The notes under the pieces were generated by a model. The model saw nothing but the letters and a program-made list of their open reading frames with translations, did no database searches and was not told the origin of the DNA. DNA of 48,275 nt from the NCBI GenBank assembly GCA_034437315.1, contig DAOTUC010000154.1:1-48275 (forward strand). Reading direction: 5' to 3'. The DNA is from Anaerolineae bacterium. GTDB lineage: Bacteria > Chloroflexota > Anaerolineae > B4-G1. Position 1 is the first letter of the stretch. Every line of letters starts with the position of its first letter. Position numbers and translations under genes: made by a program. This document shows positions 30,314 through 39,295 of this stretch, piece by piece.

Positions 30314-32317
30314 CTACGTGGGCAGCGCATATATATACCGGTCATCGGAACCGATGTACACGACGTCGTCCACGATGGTGGGCGATGACGTGACCGGCCC
30401 CTCGGTCTGGAAGCGCCAGCGCAAGTCCCCCGTTCTGAGGTCCAGGCTGTAGATGGCGCGGTCGACCGAGGCGAAATAGACCGCGTCGTCGGTAGCGGCC
30501 GGGTTGGATGTCACCTGACCCTCGGTCTCGTAACGCCAGACGAGCCGGCCGCTTTCGGCGTCGATGGCATAGAGGTATTTGTCGATGGAACCGATGAGAA
30601 ACATGCCGTTGACGTAGGCGGGGGAGGAGACGATCGCGCCGCCGGAGCGGTATCGCCAGGCCGACCACCCGGATCGAATGTCCAGGCCGTAGACGTAGGC
30701 GTCCTGGCAACCGACGCACACGGTGTTCTCTGTGACGGCTGGCGTGGACGTGATGCCTCGGCGGGCGCGGAAGCGCCAGCGGGCCTGTCCGTTGATGTCA
30801 ATCGCGTAGGCGACGCCGCCTTCGCATCCCACGTAAATCACGTCATCCTTGATGACGGGTGACGAGCGCACCTTGCCTTCGGCGGAAAACTTCCAGGCGA
30901 CCCGCCCGCTGTGGGTGTTGGCGGCGTAGAGATGGCCGTCGTCGGAACCGAAAAATACGTGGTCTAGCGCCACCCGAGGCGACGACCACACGCTCCCCTG
31001 GGTCGGACACGTCCACGCGATGCGCCCCGTCTCTGCGCTGACCGCGTAGAGCAAACGATCGGACGAGCCGAAAAATACCCGCCCGTCGTAAATGTGAGGG
31101 GACGAGCCAATCCCTCCCTCGGTGGGGTATTTCCAGATGAATTGACCGTTCTCCGCGTCGAGGGCGTAGAGATTGTGATCGTATGCGCCGATGAACACCA
31201 TCCCTTTCCACACGGCGGGCGTCGAACGAATTTCGTCTTCACAACGGAAGCGCCAGAGGGGCGTCACTTCGCTGGCGGATATGGATGGCGCGCCAAAAGC
31301 GCCCGTACCTCGTATCCCCCGGGCGGAACTGAGGTTCATCAGCGCCCGTTGCATCTCCTCGGCCGACCCGAAACGTTTGTCAATGTCATATTCCAGCGCT
31401 TTGTCGATGATTTCGGTCAGTTCACGGGATATGGTCGGGTTTGTGTTGTGTATCGGGCGCTCGTGAAATGAGAAGGGCGCTTCCAATCGCGGGTCTTGCT
31501 TGCTGAGCAGGTGATGCATCGTCGCCCCCAGCGCGTAGATGTCGACGCGCGGTTCGGCGCTCCCACGGTATTGCTCCGGCGGCGTATATCCCTCGGTGCC
31601 GATCATCGTGCCCTTCTGCCCGCTTTGGAATATCCGGGCGATCCCAAAATCGACCAGCCGAATGCGCCCGTGAGCGTCGCACATAATGTTGGCCGGTTTA
31701 ATATCTCGGAACACGATCGGTTGCGGTTCGTGGCTGTGGAGGTAGCTCAACACCTCGCAGATCTGGATCGCCCAACTGACGACCTGGGCTTCAGGCAAGA
31801 ACCCCTCTATCTCGGACAGCGTGTCTTCCAGGTCTTTGCCGCTGATGTATTCCAGGACCAGGTAACTTCGCTGGCTTTCACTGAAGAAATCGTAAACCTG
31901 GACGATGCCGGGGTGGTTAAGGGAGGCCAGGATATTCGCCTCGCGCTCGAAATTTTTCTTCACCATAGCGCGCAAGTTGGGATCTGGAGCGGTGTTGAGC
32001 ATTTCTTTGACGCAGCAAAGGCGCATCACCTTGGAAAATCGTAGATCCTGTGCTTTATAGACAGTGCTCATTCCCCCGACGCCAATTAAACCCAGAATTC
32101 GGTAGCGGTTTTGAAGCAGATGTCCATCAGGCAGGCGCCCGCCGATGTTTTCTTGCGCCTGTTCTGATGGGGGCTTCATATATTGTGTGCCTCGGCCCTT
32201 GCTGCCTTCCGTTCCGCCGAGGTCTCGGCCCTCAGGTTGCCGCTCGGCGGCTTTTTCGGGCGCTTGATCCGGCTTTTTCTTGGGCATATCGATTTGATGG
32301 GTTTCCAGAGATTTCAT
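30314..32317 (-). CDS. Ser/Thr protein kinase with a C-terminal PQQ-like beta-propeller repeat domain.
   Basis: LGLIGVGGMSTVYKA...VKEM...IVFRDIKPANIM...LVDFGIA...GTEGYTPPE is the Hanks kinase. It is followed by about 8 repeats of the type G..W.Y.T.G.I.SSP.V.DG.VY.GS.D..LYA.D..TG. Confidence 0.92.
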   Translation of the reverse strand: MKSLETHQIDMPKKKPDQAPEKAAERQPEGRDLGGTEGSKGRGTQYMKPPSEQAQENIGGRLPDGHLLQNRYRILGLIGVGGMSTVYKAQDLRFSKVMRLCCVKEMLNTAPDPNLRAMVKKNFEREANILASLNHPGIVQVYDFFSESQRSYLVLEYISGKDLEDTLSEIEGFLPEAQVVSWAIQICEVLSYLHSHEPQPIVFRDIKPANIMCDAHGRIRLVDFGIARIFQSGQKGTMIGTEGYTPPEQYRGSAEPRVDIYALGATMHHLLSKQDPRLEAPFSFHERPIHNTNPTISRELTEIIDKALEYDIDKRFGSAEEMQRALMNLSSARGIRGTGAFGAPSISASEVTPLWRFRCEDEIRSTPAVWKGMVFIGAYDHNLYALDAENGQFIWKYPTEGGIGSSPHIYDGRVFFGSSDRLLYAVSAETGRIAWTCPTQGSVWSSPRVALDHVFFGSDDGHLYAANTHSGRVAWKFSAEGKVRSSPVIKDDVIYVGCEGGVAYAIDINGQARWRFRARRGITSTPAVTENTVCVGCQDAYVYGLDIRSGWSAWRYRSGGAIVSSPAYVNGMFLIGSIDKYLYAIDAESGRLVWRYETEGQVTSNPAATDDAVYFASVDRAIYSLDLRTGDLRWRFQTEGPVTSSPTIVDDVVYIGSDDRYIYALPT

Positions 32318-32403
32318 AATTATTTGATCTGTGTGACAGGCGTGATCATTGAAATGATAGATGAGACAAATGAGCGATCACGACATAATGGTCAGATAGC
32401 CTA

Positions 32404-32432
32404 ATTATAGAGCTAAATGGGTAAACGCGCAA
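32404..32432 (-). promoter_or_regulatory. Near-consensus promoter upstream of the kinase operon.
   Basis: The minus strand reads ttgcgc, 17 nt, then tataat. On the plus strand these are gcgcaa at 32427-32432 and attata at 32404-32409. Confidence 0.5.
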
Positions 32433-32490
32433 TTGGCCACTGTGATGGGGCGGACGCGCCTGGAAGAAGGGAGGGTGGCGTGAAAGATAT

Positions 32491-33927
32491 TTATTGGGCG
32501 GGATTGAAATAGTTGTAGGCCGCCGTAGCGATGTTTGACGTCAGGGGAGCGCTTTCCCCCCATTCCAGGTAATCGGGGCGATGGAGAAAGATGGTCAGTA
32601 CAAAATCGCTTCCAGGGCTGAATATGACGCCCGCGTCGGCGTGGGTGTCGTTGCTAAAACCGTGCTTGTGGGCGATTGGCGTGTCGACCGGTAGGCCGGC
32701 CTCGATCATACTGTCGATGCGGTTTTGGCGCATCCAGTCGATCATCTGCGTGCATTCTGTGGCGCTCAATTCGTTGGGATACAGGGCTAACAGGGCGCCG
32801 CCCCCTCGGCTGCATTGGTAGATCATTTCCAACAGCAGTCCAATGTCCAGAGGCGTCGTCTGCATCCGGGGGTCCGGCCTGGCGTCGAAATCGCTGCGGG
32901 AATTGGCCGGGGTGACGATGGTATGGGGGCTCTCTTCCTCGTCGTAGGGCGCTGTCATAAACGTGTTGACCAATCCCAGGCGTTGCATGCCCTCGGTCAG
33001 GCGGGCGGCGCCTTGATAACCGTCTCCGTCGGCGATGACGTTGCTCAAAAGGAGGTTGGCTTTATAATTGCTGCTGGCGGTTCCCATTGTGTCGCTCAAC
33101 CAATCGGACGTCTCGGCGTTCAAGGGCAGTTCCAGATTCCGGTAGCTCTCTTCCATAACAGCGATTTTTAGCACGCTCATACCGGCGTAGGCCACCTCGG
33201 CGTTGATCGTCAACTCATCACCCGTCCGCAGGTCTTTGACGAAGACGCCGGGGATCAGGCCAGGGTGATCGTCGAGCAGATACTGGATCAGCTGATGCAG
33301 CGCCATCATATGGTCAGAGGGCGCTGCGGTCTCGTGTATGATCAGGGGGATTGTTTGCTCTGGATTGTCGGCCGAGACGAGCGCCTGCGCGATTGACCGG
33401 CGCGACGCCTCAATATCCAGTTGATAACCCGGCTGGCCGGGCCGGATGCTCAGGTTTTCTGGGATGGCGACCGCCGGTCGCGCCTCTTGATCGTGTTGGG
33501 CGGCGATGTTGGCGAGAAATTCGTCGAGGGCCTGTGCGGAATAGCCGATCGTTGCGGAGACTTCTGTGGGCGTCTGTTCGGGGTCCATCACGTGCTGGAT
33601 AAAGCCGCCAAGGCCCTGTTGTGCGCCGAGGGCGGCGTCCAGGTTAGCCGCCGTCTGTTCCGCGTCGTAATGGAGATCGACGCTTTCAGGCGGCAATAGG
33701 AGACGTTGATCTTTGTAGGCGATATTAATAGGGGTGGCAAATGCGACCTCAAGGGCGTTCAGCGCTTGCTCGCGACTGAGCCCCTCGACTGGCAAACCCG
33801 CTATTGTCATACCGGCCGGGAGTGTTTGACTCGCCAATCGAAAATCGGCGTATCGCCAGGCCAGGAATAGCGTCCCCAGGGCGATGATGATGATGAGCCA
33901 GATGATGCAGCCTCTTCTACGCGCCAC
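32491..33927 (-). CDS. Membrane-anchored class-A beta-lactamase-like serine hydrolase (penicillin-binding fold) with an N-terminal extracellular domain.
   Basis: The TM segment is IIWLIIIIALGTLFLAW. YAGMSVLKI is the SxxK motif. IAHKHGF is the KTG-equivalent. GTG 33927 follows aagggggaaa. The track ATG at 33966 sits upstream of a tgttataat extended -10 box (33955-33960), so it is probably not used. Confidence 0.7.
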   Translation of the reverse strand: MARRRGCIIWLIIIIALGTLFLAWRYADFRLASQTLPAGMTIAGLPVEGLSREQALNALEVAFATPINIAYKDQRLLLPPESVDLHYDAEQTAANLDAALGAQQGLGGFIQHVMDPEQTPTEVSATIGYSAQALDEFLANIAAQHDQEARPAVAIPENLSIRPGQPGYQLDIEASRRSIAQALVSADNPEQTIPLIIHETAAPSDHMMALHQLIQYLLDDHPGLIPGVFVKDLRTGDELTINAEVAYAGMSVLKIAVMEESYRNLELPLNAETSDWLSDTMGTASSNYKANLLLSNVIADGDGYQGAARLTEGMQRLGLVNTFMTAPYDEEESPHTIVTPANSRSDFDARPDPRMQTTPLDIGLLLEMIYQCSRGGGALLALYPNELSATECTQMIDWMRQNRIDSMIEAGLPVDTPIAHKHGFSNDTHADAGVIFSPGSDFVLTIFLHRPDYLEWGESAPLTSNIATAAYNYFNPAQ

Positions 33928-33973
33928 GACTTTCCCCCTTTGCGACTCGTGGCGATTATAACACATGTTTTAT

Positions 33974-34000
33974 TTGCACGCCAAATAATTATGGTATAAT
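33974..34000 (+). promoter_or_regulatory. Extended -10 promoter for the double-FHA / FGE / helicase operon.
   Basis: ttgcac (33974-33979), 15 nt, then tggtataat, which is the TGnTATAAT form, ending at 34000. Confidence 0.45.
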
Positions 34001-34038
34001 GATTGAGAAAGTTGCTTTAAGGGCGGTTTGGAGGGGCT

Positions 34039-35064
34039 TTGAAATTCAGCTGCCGCGAGTGCCCAGAAATGGTGCGTAAGCGCTGCATTAAAGCATGCAA
34101 TCAATCGCCGAGCGTCAAAACGATGATGCAACGGGCGTTTGAGGCTGGCACCGATACGCAGGAGATGTGGAGCCAGTTGCGGATGAATTGCTTGCTGGAG
34201 AAAGAGGAACTGGAGGTCAAACCGCAACGTCGCTCCAGCCTCTTGAGCCGGCGATTGAAAGAGCGCGCGCGCGAGAGCCAAGCAGCGGAACCGGCTTTAC
34301 CTCCGGCGGATATCCCCTCGTCCCCTGGCTCCATAGTTGAACCTGTTGAAAAGCCCGCCGAACCGAAGCGCCCCATTCCCGCGCGCTATTGTTTGGATTT
34401 ACGGGATGGGCGTCACCGGGTCGGGCTGCCGGTTCACGGTGAGATTGTCATGGGCCGCTTCGACCTGGCGACAAACGCCGCCCCAGACGTCGACTTGAGT
34501 TATGATGACCGGGAGCGCTGGGCGATCTCCCGCCGTCACGCGCGCGTGATCGCTCAGGCCGGGCAGCACCTGATCGAGGATATGGGCAGCACGAACGGCA
34601 CCAGCGTCAACCGCGTCAAGCTTGACCTGGGCCAGAAAATGTTGCTGCGGGTGGACGACCGCGTGACGCTCGGTTATTGCGCGTTTACCTATCAGATTTT
34701 GCCAGAAACGCCCGTCAATCTGTACGTTGAACTCCCTCAAGCGCGATTGCGGGTCTCGTTCACCGGTCAATGGCTTCCCCTGCCGGAATGGGGGGAGTTG
34801 ACCATCGGGCGGCGAGATGAGACGGTCGGCTTCAGGCCGGACATCGACTTGAGCGACGCTGACGAGGTCGCCCACGTCGTCGCCCGCCGCCACGTCAAAA
34901 TTGCAGGCCGAGGGGGGCGTCACTACGTGGAGGACCTGGGGAGCGCCAACGGCACAAAGATCAACGGCGTCCGGATGCGGTTAGGTGAGCTTCGTTTGTT
35001 AACGCCGGGGGACCACCTGTGGTTGGGAGGCTGCGTCCTGGCGTATGACATCGAAGACGTGTGA
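34039..35064 (+). CDS. Protein with a Cys-rich N-terminus and two FHA domains.
   Basis: FSCRECPEMVRKRCIKAC is the Cys-rich part. FHA1 is IVMGR....APDVDLS......ISRRHARV......HLIEDMGSTNGTSVNRVKL. FHA2 is LTIGRRD...RPDIDLS......VARRHVKI......HYVEDLGSANGTKINGVRM. TTG is the first start after the in-frame taa at 34018. Confidence 0.85.
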   Translation: MKFSCRECPEMVRKRCIKACNQSPSVKTMMQRAFEAGTDTQEMWSQLRMNCLLEKEELEVKPQRRSSLLSRRLKERARESQAAEPALPPADIPSSPGSIVEPVEKPAEPKRPIPARYCLDLRDGRHRVGLPVHGEIVMGRFDLATNAAPDVDLSYDDRERWAISRRHARVIAQAGQHLIEDMGSTNGTSVNRVKLDLGQKMLLRVDDRVTLGYCAFTYQILPETPVNLYVELPQARLRVSFTGQWLPLPEWGELTIGRRDETVGFRPDIDLSDADEVAHVVARRHVKIAGRGGRHYVEDLGSANGTKINGVRMRLGELRLLTPGDHLWLGGCVLAYDIEDV

Positions 35065-35169
35065 GTCGGCGCTCACACCGTTCGTTCAAGCGCAGCGACG
35101 CCAGACGGCGGCCCGGCGAGAGCGTGTTGGGTGGTATTATGGGATGTGTGAGGGAGATGAGAGGATAGT

Positions 35170-35997
35170 ATGTCCAGACAGGAGCAAATCGCAACGAAAT
35201 CACCCCAGACCATTGTTTGGGATCAAGACGGTAAAGAGATGATTTACGTCGCTGGCGGCGAGTTCACGATGGGCGGCGGGCAATACGATAGTGAGCGGCC
35301 GACCCATCAAGTCCGCGTGGACGATTTCTACATCGATCGCTATCCGGTGACCAACGAGGAATACAAGCGCTTCATAGACGATACCGGGCGCCCCGCGCCA
35401 TACTACACGGTGGAATGGGCGGACGCCGACGATTACAATTGGAACCCCGACAAACGCACCCCGCCGGAGGGAAAGGAAAAACATCCCGTCGTGCTGGTGA
35501 GTTGGGAGGATGCGCGGGCCTACGCCGCATGGGCCGGCAAACGGTTGCCGACCGAGGCGGAATGGGAGCGCGCCGCCCGGGGAACGGACGGCCGGCGCTG
35601 GCCCTGGGGCGACGAATTCGCCCGGGGACGCTGTAATACCAGGGAAAGCGGCTTTGGCGGCACCGCGCCGGTCGATGCCTTCACCCCGGCCTGCGACAGC
35701 CCCGACGGCGTCGCCGATATGATCGGCAACGTGTGGGAATGGACCAGCAGCCTCTTTCGCCCCTATCCCTACGACGCCAACGACGGTCGAGAAAGTTATG
35801 AGGCTGAGGGGTGGCGGGTGCTGAGAGGGGGATCCTGGTCCAACGACCTGGACCGCGCCCGTTGCACGGCCCGGCTGGACGGCGATTTCCTATTCTTCAA
35901 GAACGTTGGTTTCCGTTGCGCAGTCTCCGCCGACAAAGTGGAGCGCCGTCATCCTGATGGCTTGAGCCAGCAAGATGCTGGCGCTCCCGGCTTATGA
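35170..35997 (+). CDS. Formylglycine-generating-enzyme (FGE/SUMF1, FGE-sulfatase) domain protein.
   Basis: MIYVAGGEFTMGG...ERPTHQVRVDDFYIDRYPVTNEEYKRFIDDTG...HPVVLVSWEDARAYAAWAGKRLPTEAEWERAARG.DGRRWPWGD...NVWEWT...RVLRGGSW. Confidence 0.9.
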   Translation: MSRQEQIATKSPQTIVWDQDGKEMIYVAGGEFTMGGGQYDSERPTHQVRVDDFYIDRYPVTNEEYKRFIDDTGRPAPYYTVEWADADDYNWNPDKRTPPEGKEKHPVVLVSWEDARAYAAWAGKRLPTEAEWERAARGTDGRRWPWGDEFARGRCNTRESGFGGTAPVDAFTPACDSPDGVADMIGNVWEWTSSLFRPYPYDANDGRESYEAEGWRVLRGGSWSNDLDRARCTARLDGDFLFFKNVGFRCAVSADKVERRHPDGLSQQDAGAPGL

Positions 35998-38543
35998 TGC
36001 CTTTATCCCAGGCGCTGGCCTCCTTGCGACAGGACGGCTCCTTTATGCGCTGTGTGACTGCCTGGGAGCGCATCCCAGCCCGATCCGCTAGCACCGCGCC
36101 ATGGCCGCCTGAGATCGATTCCGCCCTGATCGCAGCGGCCGCCCAGCTGGGGATTGAGCAGCTCTACACCCACCAGGCCCAGGCCATCGCGGCGGTCTTG
36201 GGCGGAGAACACGTCGTCATGGCTGCCTCCACAGCCTCCGGCAAGACGTTGGCCTACAACGCGCCTGTTTTGAACGCTCTCTCGACCGATCCAGACGCCT
36301 GCGCGCTCTACCTTTTCCCCACCAAGGCGTTGGCCCACGATCAATTGACCCATCTCAAGACGTGGAACGCGGCCTTGAAGGCCCAGGTCCCCCTGCGGCC
36401 CTACGATGGCGACACGCCATCCGCTCATCGCGCGACCATTCGGCGCGAGGTCCGCCTGTTGGTCTCCAACCCCGACATGTTGCACGTCGGTATCCTCCCA
36501 CACCACACCCGTTGGGCCCGGTTCTTCGCCAACCTCCGTTACGTCGTCCTGGACGAAGTGCACACTTATCGCGGCGTCTTTGGCGGGCATGTGGCCAACG
36601 TCCTGCGGCGATTGCGCCGCATCTGCCGATTTTACGGCGCCGACCCGCGCTTTGTGTGCGCTTCCGCCACCATCGCCAACCCCCGCCAGCTCGCCGAGCG
36701 GTTGATCGAGGCCCCGGTCACATTGATCGACGAGGACGGCGCGCCGCGTGGGGAGAAACACTTCATCCTGTACAACCCCCCGTTGGTTGACGCCCAGCTG
36801 GGCATCCGGCGCAGCGCCACGCTAGCCGCGCGGGATATCGCGGCCCGCTTCCTGCGCGCCGACGTGCAGACCATCGCCTTCGCGCGGGCGCGGTTGACCA
36901 CCGAGGTGTTGCTAGGCTATCTGCGGGACGCCGACGGCGTCGGGCAGGCCCCCCAGGCGATTCAGGGGTATCGCGGGGGCTATCTGCCCACTGAGCGGCG
37001 GACCATTGAACAGGGCTTGCGGGAGGGGCGGGTGCGCGGCGTCGTCGCGACGAATGCGCTGGAATTGGGCATCGACATTGGCGCGTTGAGCGCCTGCGTG
37101 ATGACCGGCTATCCGGGCGCCATCTCCAGCGCGTGGCAGCAAGCCGGGCGGGCGGGGCGGCGGACGGGGCTCTCGGCGGCTGTGCTGGTCGCCAGCGCCT
37201 CCCCACTCGATCAATACATCGTCACCCATCCCCGCTATTTCTTTGGCCGTTCTGTGGAGCATGCCCTGTTGGACCCCGACAACCTCGTCATCCTGGCGAA
37301 TCATCTGGCTTGCGGCGCTTTCGAGTTGCCCTTCGAGCGGGACGAGGCGTTTGGCCGTTTCGACGACGCCGCGACGATCCTGGACGCGCTGACCGGCGAG
37401 GGGCTGCTGCATCGGGGCGACGCGCGTTACACGTGGATCGGCGAGGGCTATCCGGCGGGCCGCCTCTCACTGCGCGCCAACGCGCCGGACCACGTGCTCA
37501 TCCAGGACGTGAGCGTCGACCCGCCCCAGGTGATCGGACGGATGGATCGACCGAGCGCGCCCCTTTTGATCCACCAGGGGGCGGTCTATTTGCACGCCGG
37601 CGCGACTTATACCGTCGAATCGTTGGATTGGCAGGATGGCGTCGCGCGCGTACGGGCGGCCGATTTGGACTATTACACGCGGGCCTCGGCCACGACCGAC
37701 GTGCAGGTATTGCGGGTGTTGCGCGAATCGGCCGCGCAGGAGGCGGACACTTCGGCGCGGGGGAGCGATTGCGCCTGTGGAGAGTTGCAGGTGAGCACTG
37801 CGATGACCGGCTATCGAAAGATCAAGCGCTACACCCACGAGGTGTTGAGCTGGGCGCCCATCGACTTGCCGGAGCAGCGTTGGCGCACGACGGGCTATTG
37901 GACGACGCTTTCGAAAGCGCTTACCGAACGCTTACAAGGGGAGGGCGTCCTCCCCCGGCCCATCGACTACGGCCCGAACTGGCCCGAACAGCGGGCGGCG
38001 GCCCGGGCGCGGGATGGGTACGTCTGCCGGACCTGTGGCGCGCCGGAACAGGAGGGGCGGCGCCACGATGTGCATCACATCACCCCTTTCCGCACGTTTG
38101 GATACACGCCCGGCGTCAACGATTGCTATAAGCTCGCCAATCGCCTGGATAACCTGATCACACTGTGCGCCGTCTGCCACCGCCGCACTGAGCGCAGTCG
38201 GGGGACGCGGGGCGCTTTGGGGGGAATGGGCTACCTGTTGCAACACATCGCGCCTCTGCACCTGATGTGCGATCCTGGTGACCTGGGCGTCGTCGTCCAG
38301 CACAATGCCCCATCGACGGGATTGCCCACCGTCACGCTGTACGACCGCGCGCCGGGCGGCGCCGGGCTGAGCGTGCGCCTGTACGACCTGCACGATGAGT
38401 TGATGCAGGCCGCGTTAGACCTGGTCGATCAATGCCCGTGTGTAGAAGGCTGCCCCAGCTGCGTCGGCCCGGCCGGCGATTTCGACCCCGGCGTCAAGGC
38501 GCGCGTGCAACGATTGCTCGCGACGATTGTTAAGGAAGCATAA
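35994..38543 (+). CDS. SF2 DEAD/DEAH-box helicase of the YprA/MrfA family (C-terminal DUF1998 four-Cys module) with an inserted HNH endonuclease motif.
   Basis: AASTASGKTLAY is motif I. VVLDEVHTYRG is motif II. CASATIANP is motif III. QQAGRAGRR is motif VI. The HNH is CRTCG...HDVHHITPF...NRLDNLITLCAVCH. The DUF1998 end is LMCDPGDLG...TLYDRAPGGAG...QCPCVEGCPSC. The start overlaps the upstream stop as ATGATG. Confidence 0.88.
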   Translation: MMPLSQALASLRQDGSFMRCVTAWERIPARSASTAPWPPEIDSALIAAAAQLGIEQLYTHQAQAIAAVLGGEHVVMAASTASGKTLAYNAPVLNALSTDPDACALYLFPTKALAHDQLTHLKTWNAALKAQVPLRPYDGDTPSAHRATIRREVRLLVSNPDMLHVGILPHHTRWARFFANLRYVVLDEVHTYRGVFGGHVANVLRRLRRICRFYGADPRFVCASATIANPRQLAERLIEAPVTLIDEDGAPRGEKHFILYNPPLVDAQLGIRRSATLAARDIAARFLRADVQTIAFARARLTTEVLLGYLRDADGVGQAPQAIQGYRGGYLPTERRTIEQGLREGRVRGVVATNALELGIDIGALSACVMTGYPGAISSAWQQAGRAGRRTGLSAAVLVASASPLDQYIVTHPRYFFGRSVEHALLDPDNLVILANHLACGAFELPFERDEAFGRFDDAATILDALTGEGLLHRGDARYTWIGEGYPAGRLSLRANAPDHVLIQDVSVDPPQVIGRMDRPSAPLLIHQGAVYLHAGATYTVESLDWQDGVARVRAADLDYYTRASATTDVQVLRVLRESAAQEADTSARGSDCACGELQVSTAMTGYRKIKRYTHEVLSWAPIDLPEQRWRTTGYWTTLSKALTERLQGEGVLPRPIDYGPNWPEQRAAARARDGYVCRTCGAPEQEGRRHDVHHITPFRTFGYTPGVNDCYKLANRLDNLITLCAVCHRRTERSRGTRGALGGMGYLLQHIAPLHLMCDPGDLGVVVQHNAPSTGLPTVTLYDRAPGGAGLSVRLYDLHDELMQAALDLVDQCPCVEGCPSCVGPAGDFDPGVKARVQRLLATIVKEA

Positions 38544-38549
38544 GGCCGG

Positions 38550-39143
38550 TTACCGGTGAATGAACCCGAACCAGAACAACGGTTCGTAAAAGATATCGGG
38601 CAGCACATCCAGGTGATCGAGCGCGAACACGGCGACGCAAGCGAAGAGCAGGAGGAGAACCAGGCAGCCGCAACCGATCCACAGCGCCTGTTTGTTTTTC
38701 GATTTCGTCGGCGGAGAGGATGACGCCGGGGGCGGCGGCGGCGCGTAGTCCTGGGATGGGGGAGGCGAGGGGGGGAGATCGTAGCGTTGATCTGACGCAA
38801 GCGTGGCCTTCGCCTGGGGCGGCGAGACGCCGGGGGCCGCCGGCGCGCCCTGATACGTCAGTTTCACCGCATCCCCCAGGCCAATTAAATCGCTATTCGA
38901 TAGCGTGTGGGGGCTGGTCAGTTGCATCCCATTGACGAATGTGCCGTTGGTGCTGCCCATATCCTCAATGATGACCAGATCCGCTTGCGTTTGGATGCGG
39001 GCGTGTTTTCGAGAGATCTGTGGGTCGCTGATGACGATTTCGTTGCTCGGATCGCGCCCGATGGTGAGAGACGCTTGATCGAGCCTAAAAGTTTTCCCTG
39101 ATTGAGGGCCTTGCGTGATGACCAGCCGTGGGGGATTCTCCAT
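38550..39143 (-). CDS. FHA-domain protein with a Pro-rich linker and a C-terminal transmembrane anchor.
   Basis: LTIGRDPSNEIVISDPQISRKHARI......VIIEDMGSTNGTFVNG is the FHA core. ALWIGCGCLVLLLLFACVAVFAL is the TM segment. Confidence 0.88.
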   Translation of the reverse strand: MENPPRLVITQGPQSGKTFRLDQASLTIGRDPSNEIVISDPQISRKHARIQTQADLVIIEDMGSTNGTFVNGMQLTSPHTLSNSDLIGLGDAVKLTYQGAPAAPGVSPPQAKATLASDQRYDLPPSPPPSQDYAPPPPPASSSPPTKSKNKQALWIGCGCLVLLLLFACVAVFALDHLDVLPDIFYEPLFWFGFIHR

Positions 39144-39295
39144 TTTTCCTCCTTGCTAGTTGAGTTCGCGTTCACTACTTGTAAAGTATACGGTTATTAG
39201 GCCTGCTTGTCAACCTGATCAAGAGAGTTGAGATGATGATACATCCATCATAACCTGCGGGAGGATAGAGAGCGCCGGTTGCATAGGAGAAGAAG

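Noticed and set aside
35994-38543. DISARM or Druantia defence system, because of the DUF1998 helicase.
   Set aside because: No methyltransferase, PLD, SNF2 or the very large DruE-type partner genes are present. The fused helicase-DUF1998 layout matches the MrfA/YprA repair family better, so a defence role remains only a hypothesis.
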